From Mobula hypostoma (lineage: Eukaryota), in NCBI RefSeq assembly GCF_963921235.1, contig NC_086097.1, forward strand, positions 104,658,001-104,722,000: a stretch of 64,000 nucleotides of DNA, written 5' to 3'. Of this stretch, positions 1 through 13,064 are shown one piece after another. Below the pieces are notes generated by a model. The model was not told the DNA's origin. It was given only the letters and a program-made list of their open reading frames with translations, and ran no database searches. Position 1 is the stretch's first letter. Each line of letters starts with the position of its first letter. The position numbers and the translations under genes are program-made.

Positions 1-176
1 GTGAATGGCCTCTCCCCAGTGTGAACTCGCTGGTGTGCCTGCAGGGAGGATAACTGAGTGAATCCCTTTGCACACACTGAACAGGTGAATGGCCTCTCCC
101 CAGTATGAACTCGCTGGTGTACCAGTAGGGCAGATGATCGATTGAACCTCTTCCCACAGTCTGAGCAGATGAACAT
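1..176 (-). CDS. Tandem C2H2 (Kruppel-type) zinc-finger protein, 5' part; runs off the left edge of the window
   Basis: Manual translation of the reverse strand gives [59 protein letters not shown]: two intact fingers with canonical linkers. The frame is open from a stop at 410-408 and the first ATG is at 176-174. It is absent from the ORF track because there is no stop inside the window. Confidence 0.85.
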   Translation of the reverse strand, partial: [58 protein letters not shown]

Positions 177-550
177 CTCCCCAGTGTGAAATGACAGGTA
201 TGCTAATAGATCCGATGACAAAGTCAATCCTTTCCTACAGTCTGAACAGTTGAACAGCCTCTCACCAGTGTGAACACACTCATATCTAGGCAGGTCAGAT
301 AACCAAGGGAATCTCTTTCCACACACGGAATCATTGAAGACTCTGTTCCTTGTGAACTCACTGATGTGAATTTTCTGACGTACCGTCAGTGTGGGCAACA
401 GACTAAATCACTTCATTCAGACAGAACCGGTGGAGCATCTCACTGTGGTGTGAACTTGCTGATGTATCTTCATGCTGAGTCACTGAGTAGATCCTGTCCC
501 ACACACAGAACAGGTGATTGGCGTCTTCACTCTGTAAACTCACAGGTGTT
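177..550 (-). pseudogene. Decayed zinc-finger repeats upstream of the first ATG
   Basis: CSDCRKGLTLSSDLLAYLSFHTGE and DSVCGKRFPWLSDLPRYECVHTGERLF are in frame but have lost Zn ligands. Further upstream, HQ*VH and CSVCGTGSTQ*LSMKIHQQVHT carry stops and a frameshift. Confidence 0.75.
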
Positions 551-850
551 TCTGTGGCTTGCTGAGTGAGAGAATCTCACACTGAGAAAGTCCCTTGGCA
601 TCAAATACCGGTGTGTTCTCAGCACCTCATTTCCAGCAGACTTCAGAGTTACTACATAAAACTTCACTTCAGACACAAAGCATTTTTCCAGCTGGGATGA
701 GATACTTCTTCATCTCCTAAGATCAACAATGGATATATTGGTGTTACAATGGAAATAGCTGGTCACTCCTCAAATATCTGGACAAAGACAGCAAACCTGA
801 AATTCTGTTCTGTATGAGATTCCTGCACACAAATTCTTTGTCATTTCCAA

Positions 851-870
851 CCTGTAAAAAGATTTACAAA
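851..870 (-). promoter_or_regulatory. Putative 3' splice acceptor of the ZNF coding exon
   Basis: Reverse strand reads tttgtaaatctttttacAG|gttgg, with AG at 853-852 after a pyrimidine-rich tract, upstream of the finger array. Confidence 0.55.
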
Positions 871-1267
871 AGACATCAATGGGTGAAGGGCAGCATTTCA
901 GATGAGATAATTTTAGTCTCTATAATGATGTTTGATATCACACTGTTACAGCGAGGTTTGACCCAAGTTCAAGAAACAGATCCTAATCTAACTGGGACAG
1001 ATCAGGGATCTGGACTGACCATTCAGTTCCCCGACTGTTTTCCTGTCTATATCAGAATGGGCCATTCCACCCATCTTCAATCTGTGACATGGCTCAATTT
1101 GTCTCTCTTAATTTGTATCATCTCAAGCTCTGTTCATGTTCTACAGAGTCCCGGCAATTCTGGACAATGTTTCCCAGCCTCTGCATGTCACCTTTGCTGA
1201 ACATAGGAACACTTTTAGTAAAACAACTGCGCTGCACCAAAGAGCACTTTATGAGCTCATTCTTACC

Positions 1268-1697
1268 CATAAGACCATGAGACGTAGGAACAGAATTAGG
1301 CCATCTGGTTCACTGAGTCTGCTCCGCCATTCAATCATGGTTGATTCTTTTATTTTATCTCTTCCTGAACCTTAATTCTCGGCTTTCTCTCCGTAACCTT
1401 TGATGCCATGTCCAATCAAGAACCATCAATCTCTGCCTTAAATACACCGAACAACCTGGCGTCCACAGCTGCATGTGGCAACAAATTCCACAAACTCACC
1501 ACCCTTTGGCTAAAGAAATTTCTCCGCATCTCTGTTTGAAAGGGCATCCCTCTATCCTGAGGTTGTGCCCTCTTGGCCTAGGCTCTCCCACCAAGAGAAA
1601 CATCCTTTCCACATCTACCCTGTCTAGGCCTTTCAACATTCAAAAGGTTGCAATGAGATTCGCCATCATCCTTCTGAATTTCAGTGAGCCATCAAAC
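1268..1697 (-). mobile_element. CR1-clade LINE 3' end (outermost element of the nest; continues at 29143)
   Basis: Microsatellite-like tail (cataagaccatgagac), 3' UTR, and C-terminal ORF2 remnants of the SLKFRRM and RRNFFSQRVV type. Joins 29143 to restore gaggaac|gtttgatggct (EERLMA). Confidence 0.85.
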
Positions 1698-1925
1698 AAA
1701 GTAGCAAATGAAATACAATGTTGGAAAATGTATGATTGTGCACTTTGGTGGAAAAAATAAGTGGGCAATTATTTAGATGGGGTGAGAATTCAAAATGCAG
1801 AGATGCAAGGGGACTTGGGAGTCCTTGTGCAGGATACCCTAAAGGTTAACCTCTATATTAAGACAATGGTGAAGAAGGTGAATGGAATGTTGACATTCAT
1901 TTCTAGAGGTATAAAATATAAGAGC
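1698..1925 (+). mobile_element. 5'-truncated CR1 LINE, piece 1 of 3 (host of the L1)
   Basis: QMKYNVGKC...GDLGVLVQDTLKVN...FISRGIKYKS, resuming at 25141 as EYKSGDVKLRLCKALLRPHFEYCVQF. Confidence 0.85.
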
Positions 1926-2167
1926 AGGGGAAGTCTCCTCTCAGCAGCCCATGGAGTAAGACGTGTGTTGGCGCTACTCCTTCCTTTTACAACTTACTTT
2001 CCACTGCTAGTTTTGTTTAAACTTTGAAGATTTATTACTTTCAGTGAAGGATTTACGATTTAATTACAATAGCTGGAACCCAAACTGGAACTGAATTAGG
2101 AGGTGGCAAAATTGTTTCCGAAGCTGAACAAACAAAGGAGTCAGAGGAAGTCTCCACTTCATAAAGA

Positions 2168-2939
2168 ATGTTTTCTTTGATGCAAGATATTAACACCAAG
2201 ATCGGAATGGTGGATACCAAGATTGATAAACTGACGAATGCTAATGAAAGGCTTGAAAAAACCGTTTCTGCTGTCCAGGAATCTTTGAGGAATCTAGAAT
2301 TTCAATATCAGACGCTTAAAAAGGACACTAATAGAATCAAAAGAGAACAGGAGACAGTGAATCAAGTGATTAATGAACAAGAATTAAAGATATCTACTAT
2401 GGAATTGTTGAGCTTTCTTCGGAATTATTAAGAATTAAGAAAACAACGGATCTGAAAAGCAGGAGTCGTAGGATGAATTTACACATACTGGGTTTGCCTG
2501 AAAACATGGAAACCGGTGAGCCACTGAAGTTTTACATGAATATGCTATACTCACTTTTTAGTGAGGTACTTGAAGCTCCTCCGATGATAGATAGAGCCCA
2601 CCGAATCCTCCGCCTGAAGCCTTCCATTGAGTTGAAACCTCGCCCGGCAATTACTTTATTACTAAAGAAGCAATTCTTCGAGATGCTAGGAAGCAGGGGA
2701 AGCTAATTTATAATGGAGTAGAGATTCGCATAGTTGAAAATTTTGCCCCACAGGTTTATGCAAAAAGAATTAAATTTCAGGAAGTGATAGCTGAACCTTA
2801 TAAGAACTGTCGCCCCTCTTTGCGTAATACAGCTCGTTTGAGAATCTCCCCGCCTAATGCCTGCCCAAAATGATTTGACTCCTCAGAAAAGGCTTGGAAA
2901 TTTATAAAGGAGTTTAAGCCTGTCTTGCAAGCAATTTAA
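2168..2939 (+). pseudogene. L1 ORF1p (coiled coil plus RRM/CTD, Transposase_22-like), frameshifted
   Basis: Heptad-rich segment, then SRRMNLHILGLPE...IDRAHRIL...PRPAI motifs typical of L1 ORF1. Confidence 0.8.
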
Positions 2940-3726
2940 ACACTTAATACTCAGCTGGGAGTCCTTTGTAGCTGGTTAAACACTTAATCCTTAGCTGGAA
3001 CTCGTTTGTAGTTGGATTGTTGGAAGTTTAATATACATTTTATGTCTGCCCAGACATCATTTTGGCTGTTTTATTTTTTCCTTTAGGTTTTACTCTTCTT
3101 CTTTTATATCTTGATTTGCTTTTTGTCCCTTTTTTTAAGCTTATTTTTTTTATTTTCTTTCTTTTCCTTAATAAAAAATATTTAGAATTATTGTTTGCTT
3201 TAATACTCAATACAGTTTTGGATTTATTATATGTACATGTACTTATTTTTTCCCTTGGTTTGTAACAGTAACACCAGTCGTAACGTATTAGTTAGTTGGA
3301 TCTATCTTTTTTGAATATACGATCAATTTTAATTCAATGAATTTAAGATGGCCGCTGTTAACTACGCTTTAGCCTCTGTTAGACATAATATCAAAACATT
3401 TGGAATTTGTTTATTTCTTCATGTATGTGTTGTAGTATCTTTAGTCAGTGGTATTAACGCTTAATTTTTTAAGAACAGGCTGCCTATTGGAGACACAGGA
3501 TAAGGGATATAGTTCAGCATGCTGTCCGCCTATTGGATGGTTTTCGGGCTTTGGGGGGAGGAGGGGTGGGGCTATTAGGTTTTTTCGGCTGGGCAGTCCT
3601 GAGAGGTTTTCCTGTCAATCATGTTTTTTTTCTCTCTGATGGAATCCACATTCTGTTCTTCCCTGCGGGTTTGGTCTGTGCTGGTGCACTAACTTATTGT
3701 ATTAAATTTTAAATTAAAGCCTTGTT

Positions 3727-4033
3727 ATGGATGTTAATAAAATTAATATCATCTCTTGGAACCTGAATGGCTTGAACCAACCTATTAAGCGCAGAAAGAT
3801 CTTTAAGAAATTAAGAACACTCCAAGCTGATATTATGTTTGTGCAGGAGACCCATATCTGTAGGGAGGATGAAAACCACTTTTTTAAATTTTGGAAGGAT
3901 TCTCAGTTTCACTATTCATCAGTTACTAAAATCAGAGGGGTATCTATTTTTATTAATTCTAAAATCCCTTTTGTACATTTTAATACTGTCACTGATTCAA
4001 TTGGAAGATACTTAACTGTTACTGGTTTGTTAT
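3727..4033 (+). pseudogene. L1 ORF2 APE endonuclease N-terminus (piece 1)
   Basis: ISWNLNGLNQPIKRRKIF...DIMFVQETH...GVSIFI...DSIGRYL. Confidence 0.9.
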
Positions 4034-6797
4034 AAGACCATAAGACAAAGGAGCAGAAGTCAGCCATTCGGCCCATCAAGTCTGCCTTGCCATTTTATCA
4101 TGAGTTGATCCATTCTCCCATTTAGTCCCACTCCCCCACCTTCTCACCATAACCTTTGATGCCCCGGCTACTCAGATACCTATCAATCTCTGCCTTAAAT
4201 ACACCCAATGACTTGGCCTCTTCTGCCGCCCGTGGCAACAAATTCCATAGATTCACCACGTTCTGGCTAAAAAAATTTCTTTGCATCTCTGTTCTGAATG
4301 GGCGCCCTTCAATCCTTAAGTCATGCCCTCTCGTACTAAACTTCCCCCATCATGGGAAAAAACTTTGCCACATCCACTCTGTCCATGCCTTTCAACATTT
4401 GAAATGTTTCTATGAGGTCTCCCCTCATTCTTCTAAACTCCAAGGAATACAGTCCAAGAGCAAACAAACGTTCCTCATATGTTAACCCTCTCATACCCGG
4501 AATCATTCTGTCATTCTGGTGAATCTTCTCTGTACCCTCTCCAATGTCAGCACATCCTTTCTTAAATAAGGAGACCAAAACTGCCCACAGTATTCCAAGT
4601 GAGGTCTCACCAGCGCCTTATAGAGCCTCAACATCACACACACACCTGCTCCTCTACTCTATTCCTCTAGAAATGAATGCCAACATTGCATTCGCCTTCT
4701 TCACCACCAACTCAACCTGGAGGTTAACCTTAAGGGTATCCTGTACAAGGACTCCCAAGTCCCATTGCATCTCAGAACTTCGAATTCTCTCCCCATTTCA
4801 ATAATAGTCTGCCTGTTTATTTCTTCTGCCAAAGTGCAGAACCATACACTTTCCAACACTGTATTTCATTTGCCACTTCTTTGCCCATTCTTCCAATCTA
4901 TCCAAGCCTCTCTGCAGACTCTGTTTCCTCAGCACTACCAGCCTCTCCAACTATCTTCATATCATCAGCAAACTTAACCATAAAGCCATCTATTCCATAA
5001 TCCAAATTCTTGATGTACAGTGTGAAAAGTGGCCCCAACACGGACCCCTGTGGAACACCACTGGTAACCGGCAGCCAACCAGAATAGGATCCCTTTATTC
5101 CCACTCTGTTTCCTGCCAATCAGCCAACGCTCTATCCGCGTATGTAACTTTCCCATAATTCCATGGGCTCTTATCTTGTTAAGTAGCCTCATGTGTGGCA
5201 CCTTGTCAAACGCCTTCTGAAAATCCAAATATACAACATCCACTGCATCTCCCTTGTCTAGCCTACTTGTAATTTCCTCAAAAAATTGTAATAGGTTTGT
5301 CAGGCAGTATTTTCCTTTAAGGAATCCATGCTGAGTTCTGCCTATCTTGTCATATGCCTCCAGATACTCCATAACCTCATCCTTGACAATTGACTCCAAC
5401 AACTTCCCAACCACCGATGTCAAGCTAACAGGTCTACAACTTCTTTTTTGCTTCCTTGCCCCCTTCTTAAATAGCAGAGTGACATTTGCAATCTTCCAGT
5501 ATGCCAGTCCGGGAGATTTATCTATCTTTAGACTATTCAGCTTCCTGAGTATTTTCTCTGTCGAAATTGTGAGTGCGCATACTTCTCTTCCCTGCCACCC
5601 TTGAGTGTCTGGTATACTGCTGATGTCTTCCTCAATGAAGACTGATGCAAAATACTCGTTCAGTTCCTCCACCATCTCCTTATCTCTCATTACAATTTCT
5701 CCAGCATCATTTCCTATCGGTCCTATATCTACTCTCACCTGACTTTTACTCTTTATATACTTGAAAAAGTTTTTAGTATCCTCTTTGATATTATTTGCTA
5801 GCTTCCTTTCATAGTTCATCTTTTCCCTCCAGATGATCTTCCTGGTTTCCTTTTGTAAGCTTTTAAAAACTTCCCAATCCTCTGTCTTCCCACTAATTTT
5901 TGCTTCCTTGTATGCCCTCTCCTTTGCTTTAACTTTGGCTTTGACTCTCTTGTCAGCCACAGTTGCATCCTTTTTCCATTCAAAAATTTCTTCTTTTTTG
6001 GAATATACCTGTCTTGCACCTTCCTCACTTCTCGCATAAACTCCAGCCACTGCTGCTGTGCTGTCTTTCCCGCCAGTGTCCCTTCCAGTCAACTTTGGCC
6101 AGTTCCTCTCTCATGCCACTATACTTTACTCCACTGAAATACCGACACATCAGATTTCGGCTTCTCTTTTTCAAATTTCACAGTGACCTCAATCATGTTA
6201 TGATCACTGCCTCCAAAAGGGTTCCATCACCTCAATCTCTCTAATCACCTCCAGTTCATTACACAATACCCAATCCAGTACAGCCGATCCCCTAGTGGGC
6301 TCAACAACAAGCTGTTCTAAAAAGCCATCTTGGAGACATTCTACAAATCCTCTCTCTTGAGATCCCGTGCCGACCTGATTTTCCCAATCCACTTGCATGT
6401 TAAAATCCCCCACAATTATCATAACACTGCCCTTCTGACAAGCCTTTTTATTTCCTGTTGTAATTTGTAGTCCACATCCCTGCAGCTGTTTGGAGGCCTG
6501 TATCAGGGTCCTTTTACCCCTGCGATTTCTTAGCTCAACCCATAAAGATTCTGCACCTTCTGATCCTATGTCCCATCTTTCTAATGATATAATATCATTT
6601 CTTACCAATAAAGCCAAACCTCCCCCTCTGCCTACCTTCCTACCCTTCCGATACACCATGTATCCTTGGATGTTCAGCTCCCAGAGACATGCATCCTTTA
6701 GCCACGTCTCAGTGATGGCCACAATATCATACCTGCCAATCTGTAGTTGTACAGCAAGATCATCCACCTTATGCTGCGTGCATTTAAGTATAACACC
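4034..6797 (-). mobile_element. 5'-truncated CR1 LINE (EN plus RT, degraded) inserted in the L1 endonuclease
   Basis: YDIVAITETWL, RPVSLTSVVGK, VYLDFQKAFDKVPH, SGVPQGSVLGP, KFADD; tail taagaccataagac; short ttat duplication at 4030-4033 and 6798-6801. Confidence 0.9.
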
Positions 6798-7420
6798 TTA
6801 TGTGGTTAAAAGATGGCTTTGGTGTGTGTGTAGATACCGAGTGTAGATAGCTCTGAATTTTTTAAGAAGTTATTTTCTGCATTGCAGAATTTAAATGAAT
6901 ATAAAGCTGATTATGGGTGGTGACTTTAACTGTTGTCTCAATCCCTCGATTGATAGGCCATCAACCAAAGATGGCTTCCTAATAAGGCTGCGACCTGTAT
7001 TAATTCTTCTTTATTTGGTGGATATTTGGAGATTTCTACATCCTAAAGATAAATATTCAAGAATTGTTTATTTTTTGTTGGATACACAATTGGTGCCTTT
7101 TGTTGCTGACTGTGTGTATGACGCTATTGTGTTGTTGGATCATGTGCCCATGAAACTAATACTGAAGTTTCTTGATAATATACGGAATGCATCTTAGCGG
7201 AAATTTAATGCTACACTGCTACATGATTCAGCATTTCTAAGTTTTATTAAAGAACAAATTTCTCTATTTTTTGAATTAAATACAACTCAGGGTATGTCAA
7301 ATTTGGTTATTTGGGATGCAATGAAATATTTTCTTAGGGGACAGATAATTTCATATTCAGCAGCTTTAAGGAAAACTAAAGCTGAACCTTTAGTGTTTAC
7401 TAACAGGATTAAAGAAATAG
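6798..7420 (+). pseudogene. L1 ORF2 piece 2 (endonuclease C-terminus and linker)
   Basis: LIMGGDFNC...LVDIWRFLHP..YSRI.YFL...DHVP, then IWDAMKYFLRGQIISYS. Confidence 0.85.
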
Positions 7421-10400
7421 ACATAGAACATAGAACAGTACAGCACATCCAGGCCCTTCGGCCCACAATGTTGTGCCGACCCTCAAACCCTACCTCCCAT
7501 ATAAGCCCCCACCTTAGATTCCTCCATATACCTGTCTAGTAGTCTCTTAAACTTCACTAGTGTATCTCCCTCCACCACTGACTCAGGCAGTGCATTCCAC
7601 GCACCAACCACTCTCTGAGTAAAAAACCTTCCTCTAATATCCCCTTTAAACTTCCCACCCCTTACCTTAAAGCCATGTCCTCTTGTATTGAGCAGTGGTG
7701 CCCTGGGGAAGAGGCGCTGGCTATCCATTCTATCTATTCCACTTATTATCTTGGATACCTCTTATCATGTCTCCTCTCATCCTCCTTCTCTCCAAAGAGT
7801 AAAGCCCTAGCTCCCTTAATCTCTGATCATAATGCATACTTGCTAAACCAGGCAGCATCCTGGTAAATCTCCTCTGTACCCTTTCCAATGCTTCCACATC
7901 CTTCCTCTAGTGAGGTGACCAGAACTGGACACAGTACTCCAAGTGTGGCTGAACCAGAGTTTTGTAGAGCTGCATCATTACATCGCGACTCTTAAACTCT
8001 ATCCCTCAACTTATGAAAGCTAACACCCCATGAGCTTTCTTAACCACCCTATCCACCTGTGAGGCAACTTTCAGGGATCGGTGGACATGTACCCGAGATC
8101 CCTCTGCTCCTCCACACTACCAAGTATCCTGCCATTTACTTTGTACTCTGCCTTGGAGTTTGTCCTTCCAAAGTGCACCACCTCACACTTCTCCGGGTTG
8201 AACTCCATCTGCCACTTCTCAGCCCACTTCTGCATCCTATCAATGTCTCTCTGCAATCTTTGACAATCCTCTACACTATCTACAACACCACCAACCTTTG
8301 TGTCGTCTGCAAACTTGCCAACCCACCCTTCTACCCCCACATCCAGGTTGTTAATAAAAATCACGAAAAGTAGAGGTCCCAGAACAGATCATTGTGGGAC
8401 ACCACTACTGACAATCCTCCAACCTGAATGTACTCCCTCCACCACCACCCTCTGCCTTCTGCAGGCAAGCCAATTCTGAATCCACCTGGCCAAACTTCCC
8501 TGGATCTCATGCCTTCTAACTTTCTGAATAAGCCTACCATGTGGAACCTTGTCAAATGCCTTACTAAAATCCATATAGATCACATCCACTGCACTACCCT
8601 CATCTATCTGCCTGGTCACCTCCTCAAAGAACTCTATCAGGCTTGTTAGACACGATCTGCCCTTCACAAAGCCATGCTGACTGTCCCTGATCAGACCATG
8701 ATTCTCTAAATGCCTATAGATCCTATCTCTAAGAATCTTTTCCAACAGCTTTCCCACCACAGACGTAAGACTTACTGGTCTATAATTACCTGGATTATCC
8801 CTACTAACTTTTTTGAACAAGGGAACAACATTCGTCCCCCTCCAATCCTCCAGTACCATTCCCGTGGACAACGAGGACATAAAGATCCTAGCCAGAGGGT
8901 CAGCAATCTCTTCTCTCGCCTCGTGGAGCAGCCTGGGGAATATTCCGTCAGGCCCCGGGGACTTATCTGTCCTAATGTATTTTAACAACTCCAACACCTC
9001 CTCTCCCTTAATATCAACATGCTCCAGAACATCAACCTCACTCATATTGTCCTCACCATCATCAAGTTCCCTCTCATTGGTGAATACCGAAGAGAAGTAT
9101 TCATTGAGGACCTCGCTCACTTCCAGAGCTTCCAGGCACATCTTCCCACCTTTATCTCTAATCGGTCCTACCTTCACTCCTGTCATCCTTTTTTTCTTCA
9201 TATAATTGAAGAATGCCTTGGGGTTTTCCTTTACCCTACTCACCAAGGCCTTCTCATGCCCCCTTCTTGCTCTTCTCAGCCCCTTCTTAAGCTCCTTTCT
9301 TGCTTCCCTATATTCCTCAATAGACCCATCTGATCCTTGCTTCCTAAACCTCATGTATGCTGCCTTCTTCCACCTGACTAGATTTTCCACCTCACTTGTC
9401 ACCCATGGTTCCCTCACCCTACCATTCTTTATCTTTCTCACCGGGACAAATTTATCCCCAACATCCCGCAAGAGATCTCTAAACATAGACCACATGTCCA
9501 TAGTACATTTCCCTGCAAAAACATCATCCCAATTCACACCCGCAAGTTCTAGCCTTATAGCCTCATAATTTGCCTTTCCCCAATTAAAAATTTTCCTGTC
9601 CTCTTTGATTCTATCCTTTTCCATGATAATTATAAAGGCCAAGGAGCGGTGGTCACTGTCCCCTAGATGCTCACCCACTGAGAGATCTGTGACCTGACCC
9701 GGTTCATTACCTAGTACTAGATCTAGTATGGCATTCCCCCTGGTCGGCCTGTCCACATACTGTGACAGGAATCCATCCTGGACACGCTTAACTAATTCTG
9801 CCCCATCTAAACCCTTGGAACTAATCAGGTGCCAATCAATATTAGGGAAGTTAAAACAACCCTGTTATTTTTGCACCTTTCCAAAATCTGCCTCCCAATC
9901 TGCTCCTCTGTATCTCTGCTGCTACCAGGGGGCCTATAGAATACCCCCAGTAGAGTAACTGCTCCCTTCCTGTTCCTGACTTCCACCCATATTAACTCAA
10001 AAGAGGAACCTGCTACATTACCCACCCTTTCTGTAGCTGTAATAGTATACCTGACCAGTAATGCCACCCCTCCTCCCCTTTTTCCGCCCTCTCTATCCCT
10101 TTTAAGGCACTGAAATCCAGGAATATTGAGAATCCATTGGTGCCTGGTGCCAGCCAAGGCTCTGTAATGGCCACTACATCATAATTCCATGTATGTATCC
10201 AAGCTCTCAGTTCATCACCTTTGTTCCTGATGCTTCTTGCATTGAGGTACATACATTTCAGCCCTTCTACCTTACTGTCTTTACACCGTTTATTCTGCTT
10301 CTCTTTCCTCAAAGCCTCTCTGTATGCTAGATCTGGCTTTACTCCATGCACTTCTTTCACTGCTCTATCGCTCTGGGTCCCATCCCCCTTGCAAATTAGT

Positions 10401-11751
10401 TTAAACACTCCCGAACCATGCTAGCAAACCTACCTGCAAGGATATTGCACCCCCTCGAGTTCAGGTGCAACCCATCCAATCTGTACAGGTCCCATCTTCC
10501 TCAGAAGAGATCCCAATGATCTAAAAATCTAAAACCCTGCTCCCTGCACCAACTCCTCAGCCACACATTCAACTGCCATCTCCTCCAATTCTTACCGTCT
10601 CTGTCACGTAGCACTGGCAGCAATCCTGAGAATGTCACCCTTGAGGTCCTGTTCTTCAGCCTTCTGCCTAATTCCCGAAACTCACACTTCAGGACCTCAT
10701 CCCTCTTCCTGCCTACGTTGTTGGTCCCAACATGTATCACGACTTCTGGTTGCTTTCACTCTCATACCAGGATGTTGTGCACCCGGTCAGAGACATCCCG
10801 GACTCTGGCACCCAGGAGGCAACAAACCATGTGGGTGTCCTTCTCACGTCCACAAAATCTCCTGTCTGCTCCCCTGACTATAGAGTCTCCAATGACGACA
10901 GCTCTCCTCTTCTCCGTCCCACCCTTCTGCACCACAGGGTCAGACTCAGTGCCGGAGGCCCTGCCACCGTGGCTCACACCTGGTCAGTCGTCCCCACCAA
11001 CAGTATCCAGGACGGTAAACTTATTATTCAGGGGAATGGATACAGGGGTGCTCTGCACTACCTGTCTGCTCACCTTCGCTTTCCCCCCTCTGACTGTCAC
11101 CCAACGACCTGCTTCCGACAGCCTAGGTGTGACTACCTCCCTGTAGCTCTCATCTATGACTGCCTCATTCTCCCTTATGAGCCGAAGGTCATCCAGCTGC
11201 TGCTCCAGATTCCTTACATGGTCTTCCAGATCGCCCAGCTGTATGCATTTCTGGCAGATGTCACTCTGCGGGAGAGGGGCGTTCCCCCAAGACTGCCACA
11301 TCTCACATGAGAGACACATCACCGTCTCAGGAGACATTGTAAAAACTAACTGCGAGCTAGCTTGTCCTCTGCCTCTTCTCGTCGAAGCCTCTCGAGTCAA
11401 AGCCTCAAAGCTCCACTCCTTCATTGGCCCACTCACTCACTGGCCGCTTCGCTTGAGCTATCCCTCTATTTATCTGTTTGAGCTTTTCAAAATGTTTGGT
11501 CACCTGACCTCGACTGCCCAATCAGCTGCTTTCTGCTGAGTCTGAGCTATTCAAATCTTGATTGTATAATCAACGGCTTACTGCTGATCTATTCTAATCT
11601 TGATTGATTTGATTGCACAGACCAACTGCCAAAACTGCCAGAATCTCTCGAGTCAAAGCCTCAAGCTCCACTGCTTCACTGGCCCACTCACGCACTGGCC
11701 GCTTCGCTTGAGCTATCCCTCTATTTATCTGTTTGAGCTTTTCAAAATGTT
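7421..11751 (-). mobile_element. Near full-length CR1 LINE with ORF1 (Cys motif, coiled coil, SGNH/GDSL esterase), ORF2 (EN-RT) and tandem 5' UTR monomers
   Basis: (catagaa)n tail; ORF2 pieces at 7483-10408; ORF1 CLSC..CQKC, VVIGDSIVRG, HVGTNN at about 10400-11436; 256-bp-period duplication at the 5' end. Confidence 0.92.
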
Positions 11752-11752
11752 T
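11388..11752 (-). repeat. Tandem 5' UTR monomers of the CR1 (period 256 bp)
   Basis: ctcgagtcaaagcctca...gagcttttcaaaatgttt occurs at 11391 and 11647; the minus strand carries a TATA-like ataaata in each copy. Confidence 0.8.
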
Positions 11753-12084
11753 ATTCAGTAACACCTAGTGAAGATTTATATAAGGAAAGGGTGGAACTTC
11801 AAACACAGGATGACCTGCTTTTGACTTTTCCTATTAGACTGCAACTTCTGAAATCTAAAAGTCAATTTTATATACAAGTGAATAAGTCAGGTAAACAGTT
11901 GGCCGGTCAACTTAAAGCAGCTATGGCTAGAAGGCAGATTTTGAAAATACAAAGAACTGATAGAACTGAAACGTCAGATTGTCAGGAAATTAATAAGGTA
12001 TTTTTGGATTTTTACTCTAACCTTTATAAATTTGATTCTCCAGACAATACTACTCTTATGAATAGATTCTTGCAAAGATTGAAT
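11752..12084 (+). pseudogene. L1 ORF2 piece 3
   Basis: YSVTPSEDLYKERVELQT...NKSGKQLAGQLK...INKVFLDFYSNLY. Confidence 0.85.
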
Positions 12085-12959
12085 TGTCACATGCTCAAGG
12101 AGATCTGTGTTTTTTTTTGTGAGAATGATGTAATGGTCTTTTGGAGGTCACTTGATGTGATTTTCCCACCAATGTGAGGTCACGTGATGGCATGTGCCCC
12201 ATGACTATATAAGGATCGACCCAGGAGACGCAGTTGGTTTTTAGTTTGTAGATTTCCAGGTAGAATGTGCTGTATCTCCGTTTCTGTTGCGTGTTCATTT
12301 TTAAAATAGTTTTGCGTTCTATTGCAAGATACCATATTATTGGACTGGAAATTTTTGGCTAGATGTGTTGATTTACCCAATTCCAACAGTAGAAGGGAGA
12401 GTGAAGAATTTATCGAAGTACAGGACCGAAGGATTGAGAGAAGTCAGCATCGTTTGGCAGTTTAATAAAGGATCGACCTTATTGAGGCTTCATTGAAGGA
12501 GTAGCTACCTGCATCGGAGATAACTCTTTCCAAAAAGAGCAAGGAGTTCATGCAATGGTGCTCTCTCTCTAAAAGAATTTAAGGTCAGTTGTTTTAAACT
12601 GTTTATTTTCAGCATCGTGAATCCTGTGGACAGAACCAGCAGGAAAGTTGCGTCTGTGAAGAAATCCTTTTCCAGAGAAGTCTCTCCCAATTGAACGTGT
12701 AAATCTGTTGGACTTTCGAATTTACGATTTTAAGAACTATATCTGACTTTATCGCTTTAAGAACTGTTTTCGCATTTAACGCTTTAAGAACCAGTGCCGA
12801 GTGACGGAGTGATTTGTTGAACAGCTGCATATCGGTTAACTTCCGGTTAAAGTTTTCGTTTGTTTTTTTTACCTTATCGTTTATCCGTGTTTAATAAATG
12901 TTTGCTTGTTTTTATATAACCTGTCTCGATTGATATTCATTGTTGCCGGTTACTTAACA
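12085..12959 (+). repeat. 5' LTR of the Gmr1-like element
   Basis: Starts tgtcac and ends taaca; TATA (ctatataag) near 12205; AATAAA near 12893; direct repeat of 17757-18604. Confidence 0.9.
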
Positions 12960-12966
12960 TAATCTG

Positions 12967-12986
12967 TGGGGGCTCGGCCAGGAGAT
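12967..12986 (+). promoter_or_regulatory. Primer-binding site, tRNA-Pro-like
   Basis: tgggggctcggccaggagat, 7 nt after the LTR, resembles the tRNA-Pro PBS tgggggctcgtccgggat. Confidence 0.75.
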
Positions 12987-13064
12987 GTTCCGATTTTGAG
13001 TTCAAGTGCTGGTAATTGCCATTTTGATTTGGAAAAGGGAAATACCCGATTTTTTTTGGTTTGA

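Noticed and set aside
366..1375. Plus-strand ORFs at 366, 814, 1089 and 1136
   Set aside because: They are antisense to the ZNF exon/intron and have no recognisable motifs.
1268..1925. Head-to-head CR1 pieces suggesting a twin-priming 5' inversion
   Set aside because: Each piece has its own continuation elsewhere (29143 and 25141), so they are two independent nested elements.
3062..3265. Hydrophobic membrane-protein-like ORF (also 24686-24928)
   Set aside because: T-rich L1 inter-ORF and 3' UTR sequence gives Phe/Leu-rich translations.
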